DNA of 64,000 nucleotides, from positions 23,250,001 to 23,314,000 of the forward strand of contig OX597832.1 of NCBI GenBank assembly GCA_951406725.2, written 5' to 3'. Below, one piece after another: positions 52,330 through 64,000 of this stretch. Both the position numbers and the translations under genes were made by a program. Below the pieces are notes generated by a model. That model worked only from the letters and a program-made list of their open reading frames with translations. It ran no database searches and was not told the origin of the DNA. The stretch's first letter is position 1. Every line of letters starts with the position of its first letter. The stretch is from Octopus vulgaris. Lineage: Eukaryota.

Positions 52330-52810
52330 TGTGTTTGTGTGTGAGTATGTATATTTATATATATGTATGTAAGTATGTAATTATGTAAGTATATATTTGT
52401 GAATATTGATAAATATATATTCTTGCTTATGTAAATCTGAATACCGTGTATCTTAATTCAAAATTTTTATTCGCACATAAATGCATGCATACATACACAC
52501 ACACATACACAAACACACACATACATACAGAAACACACACACTCGTTTATATATTTATGCTGTAATATATATATATTGAGAGGCAGACGAATGTTTGTAT
52601 CTCTCTCACATCACGTGCTAAACAACAGCAGCTAAAATATATACATTAACTGTAATGGGCAGAAACAGCAAGAGGCTGGCTGTGAAACTTCGCCATCCCT
52701 CGTCATGCAATTACAAAATTTCTGATCTAATCTCCTAATTAAAAACAAAACACAGCGCAAAAACAAAAAGAACGTAAATGGGATTCCTTCCCACAAAATT
52801 AAAAATAATA

Positions 52811-53042
52811 CTTATTTCTTTACTACCTACAAGGGGCTAAACACAGAGGACACAAACAAGGACAGACAGACGGAATAAGTCGATATCGACCCCAGTGCGT
52901 AACTGGTACTTAATTTACCGACCCCGAAAGGATGAAAGGCAAAGTCGACCTCGGCGGAATTTGAACTCAGAATGTAACGGCATACGAAATACGGCTACGC
53001 ATTTCGCCCGGCGTGCTGACGTTTCTGCCAGCTCGCCGCCTT
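52811..53042 (-). mobile_element. SINE family B, full length
   Basis: Minus strand GGCGGCGAGCTGGCAGAAACGTCAGCACGCCGGGCGAAATGC...GAGTTCAAATTCCGCCGAGGTCGACTTTGCCTTTCATCCTTTCGGGGTCGGTAAATTAAGTACCAG...GTAGTAAAGAAATAAG. Confidence 0.88.
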
Positions 53043-53654
53043 AAAAATAATACTATTAACATCATCCCTTGTACTTCTCTTGGACACAAGAACATTACAT
53101 TACTTTATATTTCATCACGTTATATGTTACGTCATGTTGCATCACGTTACGTCATGTTGCATTTCACGTTACATTACATCACGTTTCATTTCAGAGAATC
53201 TAGCTACGAAATATGAATTTTACTTATGATATACTGAATCGCATCAAACGCCGGGATGAATCCGTAAATGGCGGCTAAGTTACATTACCTTCAAGAGAGG
53301 CTACAATAATGGCGGCGTGTCGATATTTGCCTTCAGATATCACACAGAAGTATGCTTCTCTACCTTCGTATTATTTCGAAGAATTCTATATTTCCACTTT
53401 TACTTTTCTAATAATTCTCTGCCATTTTTCTTACACATAGGAACGCCTTCTTTCGTACGTAGTTATAACAAGGCTGTTATCTTCCTTTTCAAAGGTTTGG
53501 CTTAAGCAAATAGAGTTGTATCACTTCCTTGGTGTTAGATGTTTAAAGAATGGGTTTCTATTTCCCTAATTGAAAGTTTACACTCAGGATAAATTACTAT
53601 CAACAACGCCTTCATATGCAATGGCATATGGGCAAACATGTGGCAGTTTATATA

Positions 53655-53719
<65 letters not shown>

Positions 53720-54178
53720 ACTTACATATGCATATACATATGGGTGTGTTTATGTGTCTGTGTGTGTGTATAATCGCTAATGTGTGTTTGCGTCTCTGTT
53801 TGTATGTTTAAGTGAGTTTGTGTGTATCTGTATGCGTGTACATATATATACATATGGATTGATAAATAGATAGATAGATAGAAAGATTGACAGACAGGCA
53901 GGCAATAAGATAGAAAGATAGATACATACATACATACAAACATACATACATACACACATACATACATACATACATACCTACATACATACATACCTACATA
54001 CATACATTCACCCATACGTACACACACATACATAACATACATTCACCCATACGTACACACACATACATAACATACATTCATCCATACGTACACACACATA
54101 CATATATACACACATGCAGAAATATTTAGGTTAATGAAAATAATATATGCGTGTAGGAATATGTGTGAGCAAATATAT

Positions 54179-54228
<50 letters not shown>

Positions 54229-54268
54229 TTGTGCATGTGTGTGTGTATGTGAGCATGTGGGCTTGTCC

Positions 54269-54300
<32 letters not shown>

Positions 54301-54515
54301 ATAATACATATGCACAACCAATCGAGCACGTACCATCGCTCATAAATATAAAAGCAACGAAATATGTATTCGCTGAATGCATTTAGCAAAAAATTATATT
54401 TCTGCTAATATTCTATATTAATTGCATTTCAGAAAACAATTGAATTTTAGCGAGATCTTTCTTCTCATTCTAACTACACATTATGGTTATGGTAATTAGC
54501 TCATATCGATATATA

Positions 54516-54564
<49 letters not shown>

Positions 54565-54899
54565 GCAATGTACGTCTAGCACCGAGTCTTTCGTTTATAT
54601 CCCACTCACAACTTTTATTTCTCATTAATTTCTATGTTTTATGCATCAGAGCATTAAACATTTGCAGTATTAAATAAGAAAAATACACCCACGTGATTTA
54701 GATGCATACGTGTGTACGTGTTTGCGCGTGCGCCTGCATGTGCGCGTGCGTATGTGTGCTTTTACATACATATATACATGCATACATACATATACACGTA
54801 TGTACATGCATGCCCTGCGTATGAATATGCCTATAGTCATGTATACATTAATAACTTACGTATATCATTACACATACGTGCGTATATACACACACACAC

Positions 54900-54955
<56 letters not shown>

Positions 54956-54956
54956 G

Positions 54957-55007
<51 letters not shown>

Positions 55008-55012
55008 GTATG

Positions 55013-55086
<74 letters not shown>

Positions 55087-55244
55087 TGTACTATGCAAAT
55101 ACATAATGCTATATCGAAAGTCAGAAATAAAGGTTAATTTATTCGCACTTTTAATTCCTGGTTAAAACAATTGACTTATTCTTAAGGGAAAAAATGGTAT
55201 ATTTGTTTGTATTCATTATTCATCGACCTATTAATCATCATTGT

Positions 55245-55568
55245 GGGGACGCAATGGCCCAGTGCTTAGGGCAACGAAATCGCGGTCATAGGATTGCAGT
55301 TTCGATTCCCAGAGCGGGTATTGTGAGTGTACTCTTTCACCACAACTTTCTCTCTCACTCTATCTTCCTGTTTCTGTTGTACCTGTATTTCAAAGGGCCA
55401 GACTTGTCACACTCTGTGTCACGCTGAATCTCCCCCCGAGAACTACGTTAAGGGTACACGTGTCTGTGGAGTGCTCAGCCACTTGCACATTAATTTCACG
55501 AGCAGGCTGTTCCGTTGACCGGATCAACTGGAACCCTCGTTCGTCGCAACCGACGGAGTGCCAACAAA
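55245..55568 (+). mobile_element. SINE family C variant
   Basis: TGGCCCAGTG head, TTTCGATTCC B-box, 3' half matching 50185-50350. Confidence 0.82.
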
Positions 55569-56631
55569 AATCTCCATTGCAATAAGTTGTTTTTTGTTTG
55601 TTTTTTAGAGTAAATGTCAGTCTGTATCGTTCGAACCCAGGTTCGAATCCAGTGACATATGAGAATTCGCTTTTACACATAATAGTATAAGTATAATAAA
55701 TTGGATGCTGCAGAAAGGCCAGAACTGCATCAAATGAAAACATTTTAATATAAGTAAAAGCATTATTTCACAGTTCATTGTACAAATAAAATATGAAAGA
55801 CTGCAGAGTAACTGTGTGTCGAGCTCATGAGAGATAAGCACACAGAATAGAAATTTAATTTTCTGTAGATTTGAACGAAACCTGGGAGCTCAGAATGCAG
55901 ATTAAAACGGATGATGGGAGCATAATAAATGCTTTTCTTACAAGCAATGTAGGATATTAAGTTTTAACTGGATTCGAACTCTTTGGCTATGGGTTATGTT
56001 AATCAATAAACAATTTCTTTTATTTCCGAAATAAATTTCGGGATGAAGTGGTGGTGGAGGCATCGACTGAGAATAGAAACGTGGCTAGAGAGCCGTGTTT
56101 TTTTTTTAATCAGTCGGAGTAAATTAATAGAAGGTTGAAAGCAGCGGAAAGGAAATGTAGAAAGGTGTTTCTTTAGGCGGTGGTGAAGGTGGTGTAGGAA
56201 TGATTTGTAATCGGGCATTCTGTAAAAAGAAGAAAAGGAAAAAAGTAAAAAGGTGAAAAGTAGAGAGAAATGCAAAGTAATGACGTACGGAGTATAAAAA
56301 GTTCAAAAAATTCAAAAGTCACGAAGAGAAGAAAATACAGGAAGAAAAGGAGAGAAAAGGAAACGAAAAGAAGAGAAGGAGAACCAGTGGCTAAGTAACA
56401 ACGTACGGAATAAGAAAAAAAAAACAGAAGGGTCAAAAAAGTTCAAAAGAGTTTCAGACATCGTGATGTATTGGAGGGATGTTACATCAATGGAAGAGTC
56501 CAGTGAAATCCATAAATATATCTAGTGATAATCCGGATGGAGTGCTACTATGTAGATGAGAGAAATGCAGAAGATTCAGACAGTAGTTCAGACAGTAGTT
56601 GAGTAGATGATACATATATGTATATATATGC

Positions 56632-56712
<81 letters not shown>

Positions 56713-56912
56713 CATATATACATATACATACATATATAGGTAGATAGATAGATATACATATACATATATATACATATATATACATACATACACATATATA
56801 TATACACACATATATGCATATATATTTGTTTATGTTTGTGTTGTGTGTGTGTGCGTGTATGTATGTGTGTGTGTCTGTGTGTGTGTATGTGTGCGTGCGT
56901 GTGTGTGTGTGT

Positions 56913-56970
<58 letters not shown>

Positions 56971-57792
56971 GTGTGTATGGGTTGTGTCTCTACGTTGTTT
57001 TCTGCACCTCATAATTCAGTGATTCGAAACGAAAATATGGTTAGTATCAAATTTAAGAAATAAGTTCAGGGATCGATTTGTTCGAGCAAAATCCCCTTGA
57101 AAGAGGCACCCCAGCGTAGCCACAGTCCAATGAGTGAAATAAAGAAGATGCAAATGATGAAGGATAAACATTTCCCCTATTCTTTTGAGAGGAAGTTTCC
57201 TAACGCCTAATGAATATGCATTATTTACTTTCCTCAAAATGTGCGTGGTTGACGTTGAGGCTTGATGATTCTCATTCCATATTCTTCATGATTCCTTTAC
57301 TTTAGTTCTGCTATTTCTTGCTGTCAGCTTTCTGCTTCCTGAATACCATTCTATGTGAAATTGGCTTGTCTATTTTTCTGCAATATCTAGCTTGCAGCAT
57401 TTGCGAATCAACTTGAGGAAATTTTTTTTTTCTTTAAAATTTTTTAATCAAATTATCTTTCGAATGTCCGTCACGATAATGAGAAGCCTGAAGCCTAAAA
57501 ACTACACACAATTGTCACAGTGAAGAAAAAAAATTAATTCGGATTATCTGCTGTGTATCGCTAATCACGTGCTTTGTTTCACGTGTGTAAAGGATATTAT
57601 ATGTATATATATATATATGTATGTATATAAATGTATATATATAAATATATGTGTATATATATGTGTCGACGGGTTTGTATATATTTGTATGTGTAATTGT
57701 ATATATACATATATCTATGCATGCAAATATGTACAACTGTAAACACATAGACACATATCACACATACATAGACACATATCACACATACATAC

Positions 57793-57823
<31 letters not shown>

Positions 57824-58010
57824 CATACAAACATACATATATATATATATATGAGTGTGTGTGTGTGTGTGTTTGTATAAGTATATATGTATGTATATAT
57901 ATATACATATAGATATAGATATATACATACATATATGCTTATACACATACGCATATAAATATATATGTATGTATGATATGTGTCTATGTGTGTATATGTA
58001 TATATATATC

Positions 58011-58389
58011 ATGGCACTCTGTTGGTTACGACAACGAGGGTTCCAGTCTTTTCTCTTTCCGATCAACGTGAGATTAACGTGCAGTTGGAGAAGACGGATG
58101 CTCACTACAGACGCCTGTGCCCTTAACGTACTTCTTGCGGGGTTTTCACCGTAACACAAAGTGTAACAAGGCTGGCGCTTTGATATACACGTACAACAGA
58201 AACAGGAAGAAGGAGTGAGAGAAAGTTATGGTTCACCACCAGCAGGTTTCACCACCAACCCCTGCCTGAGCCTCCTGGAGCTTTAGGTGTTTTCCCTCAA
58301 TAAACACTCTCAACGCACGGCCTGGGAATCGAAACCGCGATTCTACGACCGCAAGTCCGCTGCTCTAACCCCTGGGCCACTGCGCCTCC
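58011..58389 (-). mobile_element. Diverged SINE family C variant
   Basis: Minus strand GGAGGCGCAGTGGCCCAGGGGTTAGAGCAGCGGACT...GGTTTCGATTCCCAGG...CCCTCGTTGTCGTAACC. Confidence 0.75.
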
Positions 58390-58412
58390 ACATATCTCTC
58401 TCTCTCTCTCAA

Positions 58413-58515
<103 letters not shown>

Positions 58516-58559
58516 ATGTATATATAGTGTACACCTCATAAAATATATACATGTATATA

Positions 58560-58972
58560 GGCGCAGGAGTGGCTGTGTGGTAAGTAGCTTGCTTACCAAC
58601 CACACAGTTCTGGGTTCAGTCAAACTGCGTCGCACCTTGGGCAAGTATCTTCTACTATAGCCTCGGGCCGACCAAAGCCTTGTGAGTGGATTTGGTAGAC
58701 GGAAACTGAAAGAAGCCCGTCGTATATATGTAGATATATATGTGTGTGTGTGTGTATGTTTGTGTATCTGTGGTTGTCCCCCTAGCATCGTTTGACAACC
58801 AATGCTGGTGTGTTTACGTCCCCGCTACTTATCGGTTCGGCAAAAGAGACCGATAGAGTAAGTACTAGGCTCACAAAAAATAAGTCCTGGGGGTCGATTT
58901 GCTCGACTAAAAGGCGGTGCTCCAGCATGGCCGCAGTCAAATGACTGAAACAAGTAAAAGAGAGTAAAAGAA
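58560..58972 (+). mobile_element. SINE family A, full length, LINE-shared tail
   Basis: GGCGCAGGAGTGGCTGTGTGGTAAG head, GGGTTCAGTC B-box-like, CCTTGGGCAAGT, tail GGCGGTGCTCCAGCATGGCCGCAGTCAAATGACTGAAACAAGTAAAAGAGAGTAAAAG. Confidence 0.9.
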
Positions 58973-59048
58973 AGTATATAAGCTATATATATATATATAT
59001 GTATGTATGTATATAATATATATAAATATATATATATATGTTTGTATG

Positions 59049-59119
<71 letters not shown>

Positions 59120-59304
59120 GCAAATGGCTACCGACTGAAAAAACACGTTTCATTTCGGCGCCGCTACTGCCCCTGCACATGTTGCTACTCCGTTGCAGTT
59201 GGTTGTTATCATTACCTTTGATGTTATTAATAACTCTTCACGGAAACACACAAACTCTCTCTCACACACTCACACACACCAGCGTAACTTTCTCACACTC
59301 TGTG

Positions 59305-59372
<68 letters not shown>

Positions 59373-59476
59373 GTCTGTTTTCCATAATTCGGCTAATTAT
59401 GAAATTATGTTCAAACACACATAAGCACACCCATAGATGTATATATATATATATATATATCCAATACAGAAATATG

Positions 59477-59562
<86 letters not shown>

Positions 59563-59638
59563 TGTGTGTGTGTGTGTGTGAAGTATAATATTATATATAA
59601 TATAATATATACATACATATATACATATGTATATATAC

Positions 59639-59681
<43 letters not shown>

Positions 59682-59696
59682 TATTTATGTACGTAC

Positions 59697-59727
<31 letters not shown>

Positions 59728-59939
59728 GAGAGAGACATATACGCATATATATGCAGACGCTTGTGTGTATATGTGTGTGCGTATATATTAATATGTGTGT
59801 ATATATATACATATGTATATACATGTATGTATGTATGTAATTGTTAAACAGGACGTCAAACATTAAGGCGAGGCAAACATTTCTTCCTGTAATAATATTG
59901 TACATCACTTGAGATGTTTGCCTTGCCTTAGTATATGTA

Positions 59940-59981
<42 letters not shown>

Positions 59982-60076
59982 CAAATATACGAAAGTGTAT
60001 AGCTATATTTGTGTTTGTGTATGCATATCTATATATACATCTATATGAAAATGTATAACAATATATATATATATGT

Positions 60077-60112
<36 letters not shown>

Positions 60113-60529
60113 GTATATATATACATGTGTGTAAATATATATATATATATATATATATTCATATATATGAATGTGCATAACTTTATATATACGTGGAGGA
60201 TGTATATGTATAGAGAGAGAGAGAGAGAGTGAAAGAATGAGAGAGAAAGAATGTGAGAATGAGTGGGGGAAAGGGGCACAGGGGGATAAGTAGATATATA
60301 TGGAATCAATGAAGTTGAAAATGTACGTACGTATTTATGAAATGAAAAGTAGTACAATTAACGAATCTGTATGCTTTTTTTTTGTATTTAAAATCATACA
60401 AATGTGAAATCATTTAGCAGTTCTTTCATCACTGTTTCTGTGAACTTTTCAGCGATCAACCAAATGTTATATATATGTATACATGTGTGTAAGTATATAT
60501 GTGCATATATACATGTGTGTAAGTATATA

Positions 60530-60583
<54 letters not shown>

Positions 60584-60589
60584 GTATGT

Positions 60590-60852
60590 GAAGGTAAATG
60601 GCTCACTAATTAGATTGTTGGGCTCATAATGATGAGATAGTGAGTTCGATTCCGAGACGGGATTATGCATTGTGCCGTTGTGTATTCTGCCGTTGACAGT
60701 GTATGTCATGCGCCAGTTCTTTCAGCTATATAAATGACTTGCGACATCACTTGTTCTAAACTGTGCGCAGACTTGTGCTAAGGAGGGGAACTTTTTAGGC
60801 GCAGTCCCATCGCCATTCATGACCGGAGTGGGTCGTTACCCTTTTTACCCTT
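60590..60852 (+). mobile_element. Degenerate tRNA-derived SINE
   Basis: TGGCTCACTAATTAG..., GAGTTCGATTCC B-box, (TTACCCT)-type tail. Confidence 0.5.
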
Positions 60853-61427
60853 ACATGTAGTGATCCTTATGATGACAATCATGGGAATAAGGAGGCCAAA
60901 AAGTGGAGCCAGTCAAGTCGTAGAAATTTTCCAACAACTGCTTTGATTATTTTCAGGGTACGGCAAGGAGCGGATCCCTGCTGCTACACATATGATTTTA
61001 TAGCAGCAATCCTTTGCAAGCAGCTGTTCGTCATAGTCCCCAGCATTTTCACATAGCCGTCTGAATTAAAGATGCGGACATTAATTGTGACATGCAGACG
61101 CAGTAAGGATACCAACTGCGTCTTTTCCATCTGGACCCGATTTTGTAGTCTTCGTCGCAACAGCCCATACCACGTTTTACAGCATTTACAGTGTTCAAGG
61201 AGCATTTAACAGCACTTCCGATGACGCCATTTTGATACCCGGCGGGAATCATCATGATAAACGTATATTGTTTCCTGTATTCAGATATCTTCCAGTCTTC
61301 CACGTCAGCAAACGTTTTCTCAACTAGAGCGTAAGGCTTTGTGCTCTCCAACGCCGTTGACAACCGTTGGCTCTTCTTGAAAAAAAATGAGACATAACAT
61401 ATTGTCAAATTTATTCCGATCACCCTG
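60853..61427 (-). mobile_element. Decayed Tc1/mariner-superfamily transposon (maT-like)
   Basis: Left end CAGGGTGATCGGAATAAATTTGACAAT. Frameshifted remnants YV*QQGSAPCRT, ENFYD and FWPPYSHDCHHKDHY correspond to the QQDSAPxH and WPPNSPDxNPLDY catalytic motifs. Confidence 0.7.
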
Positions 61428-62018
61428 TGTATTCATATATCATCGCTGCTCCTAATTTTTTCTGCAACATTGTAGAAACCAAGCAGGTTTTCTTTGAAGA
61501 CTTGATGGAATCAGTAAGTCAGTAACAGAAGAGTCTTGGAAAATCTTGCGTGGGTGAAATATACGAGCAAAATTATTTCACTGCCGCCTCTCGCTCCTGC
61601 TTTCTTTTTAAAGCGCTCTCCATCTTCTAAGACTCTCTAACTCTCCATCTCTATCTCCTTCCACTCTTTCTCCATTTTTTTTTCTTATTTTCTTTTTTAT
61701 TCAAATATTTCTTCTGAATTCGCATGAATTATATAACTTGGCAGTATTTTCACATAACTTGCAATGAAGCAATACTAACGCCAGATAAAATGTAAGACTT
61801 TTAATATATAGCTCTTGAATATCAACTGGATCTTCAACAGAAAGAACCGGAAGGATTAAGGACTGCTTAAAATAGTGATGCGTTTATCATCATCCTCATC
61901 GTCATCCTCCTCCTCATCATCGTCATCACCGTCACCTTCGTCATCTTGATTATCCTTATTCCTTATGTATGTATGTATGTATGTATGTATGTATGTATGT
62001 ATGTATGCATTATTATTA

Positions 62019-62067
<49 letters not shown>

Positions 62068-62635
62068 TGTTGTTGTTGTTGTTGTTGTTATTGTTGTAAA
62101 TTCTTCATCAACAAACAAATTGACTACCTTCGATTATTATTTTTTAATACAAAACTCCTAACATTTCTAAAAGTCGTTTCTGCTTCCAATGTCCGTCAGC
62201 GCTGCCAAAGAAAATTCTGAGAATAATATTCGTCATATTCTATAGCGTATCAATCTGGAGTGAAGAAAGGCACATAAAATAAAAGAGGCTTGATCCCAGT
62301 GAGGGTCAGATATGTGCACAATGATGCCGTCAAGAGAAAGATCGCCAAAGAGTGCGCATTCCCTGCTGATGACGCCATAAGCTTCCTAGCATCCAATATG
62401 GCGGTATGCGAAGCAGTCAACTGGTAGCACTTGCATCTGCAAATTGTTTCTAAATGACACACACACAAACAGACACACACACAAACATACACACAAACAT
62501 ACATACACACACAAACATATACACACAAACATACAGACACACACTGTCACACACACAGACAAACATACACACGCAAACACACACCCACATATTACGTATG
62601 TATATTTTAGTATATACATACATATAAGTTACAGG

Positions 62636-62696
<61 letters not shown>

Positions 62697-62699
62697 AGG

Positions 62700-62797
62700 C
62701 TGCGTGGCACCTTGGGCAGGTGTCTTCTACCATAGCCTCAGGCAGTTCGAACATTGTGAGTGGATTTGGTAGACGGAAAGTGAAAGAAGCCTGTCGT
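62700..62797 (+). mobile_element. SINE family A internal fragment
   Basis: CTGCGTGGCACCTTGGGCAGGTGTCTTCTAC...TGTGAGTGGATTTGGTAGACGGAAA. Confidence 0.8.
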
Positions 62798-63003
62798 GTG
62801 TTTGCGTATAGGTGAAAGAGTTCGTATGTGAAACCACGTGATTGGATGTATAAATGACAGAATGGTAGTTAGTGGTGGCACTGCTTACGGTTCATGACCG
62901 GAATCTTCCGAGGTTTCAAAGAAGACGAACTGTTTATGTTTATCCGCCAAAAGAATCAGCAAGTTAGATATATCTCTCCACCCAGGACCATTTCCTTCTA
63001 TAG

Positions 63004-63370
63004 AAGAAGTTTACGAAGATATCAATGATGACTTCACGGACAAACAACGCCATTAATTGAAGCACAGAGAATTCTTCTTGTCAAGACAAGTTGAGACTTT
63101 ACCTGCAACCGATATTCGAGACAAATGTGTTGTCACACTTTTAAATGAAACAGAATCTTTATTATCATATTTGAACAAAGAGGATAAATCTTTTCATTCG
63201 TTAGTATATGATCCACGATAGAAAACATTGTTGGCAGGCAAAGGTGAAATTCGTGTTGCTTCAAAATATCAAGCAGAAATCACTCCTTTACTTAAAAATG
63301 GTGAAAAAGATGGAAGAAGCTTGGATGAAGTTCAGCAGTTAATTTGGCTGCCTGAACCTGATGATACCTT
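63004..63370 (+). pseudogene. MTA1: Metastasis-associated protein (MTA1/2/3 family, NuRD subunit) pseudogene fragment: BAH C-terminal part + ELM2 start
   Basis: [78 protein letters not shown] matches the MTA signature [33 protein letters not shown]...[22 protein letters not shown]. Stops TAA 63054-63056 and TAG 63219-63221. Confidence 0.92.
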
Positions 63371-63507
63371 AACAACAGAAGAAATATTTCTCCAAAAACA
63401 ATGTTATTTACACAAAATATTATAAATTTTTCCTAACATAACGATTTAAATATATTTTTTAACCATATAAAACAAGTCTTCTGTAGTTTTTTCCCTCTAT
63501 TTTGTCT

Positions 63508-63540
<33 letters not shown>

Positions 63541-63590
63541 GTATATATATATATATAGATATATAGATATACATATATATATATATATAC

Positions 63591-63652
<62 letters not shown>

Positions 63653-63665
63653 ATATATATATACA

Positions 63666-63706
<41 letters not shown>

Positions 63707-64000
63707 TATATAAATATTATATATTTGTATATGTGTTCGGTTGCGAGTGTGCGCGTGTGTGCTTGTGTGCGTATATCTGTATACGTGTGTGCGCGCGCGC
63801 TCGTTTCAATAAGTCAGACATCAATTTACTTCGGAAATTTGTTGCAAGACATGCGACTTACCTCCACAACCCATGTAATACGAAATAGGTATTAAAAAAA
63901 AACAAAACATTAAAAAGATTCCTTAGCTTATATCGGTTTTAATAAACGGTTTGTACATATTTTCACGTACTATATCGGATTTTCTATGTCAGTCTTCGTT

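Noticed and set aside
62366-62430. CTGATGA followed by a CGCCATA/TATGGCG stem
   Set aside because: GAAG instead of GAAA, offset from the stem, and no stem I pairing
63054-63221. Rescue of the MTA stops by A-to-I editing
   Set aside because: Editing would give Trp, not the conserved Gln; TAA needs two edits; other conserved residues are also mutated

Overview
Eukaryotic, AT-rich, microsatellite-saturated DNA with two 100-N scaffold gaps. The SINE complement resembles the Octopus OK/OR1/OR2-type families, so a coleoid cephalopod (probably Octopus) is likely; this is inferred, not proven. No intact host gene is visible. The main content is a CR1-group (APE+RT) LINE lineage: an apparently intact copy on the minus strand (45337-49473), a near-intact diverged copy on the plus strand (~4507-8920) and two fragments. 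Its ORF1 has an unusual Myb/SANT-trihelix-like N-terminus plus a C-x7-C-x8-C-x3-H finger. ORF2 overlaps ORF1 in the -1 frame, with an in-phase slippery heptamer at nearly the same position in both long copies. The LINE 3' end is a covarying double hairpin shared with a tRNA-derived SINE that has several copies here, pointing to a LINE/SINE partner pair often embedded in (TA)n. Also present: hammerhead ribozymes in Penelope-like ends (one well formed, inside a perfect palindrome), a non-autonomous Helitron with a RepHel C-terminal remnant, Tc1/mariner relics, an RTE-like zinc-finger tail and a disabled MTA1-family (BAH-ELM2) pseudogene fragment. Most ORFs in the track are microsatellite artefacts.
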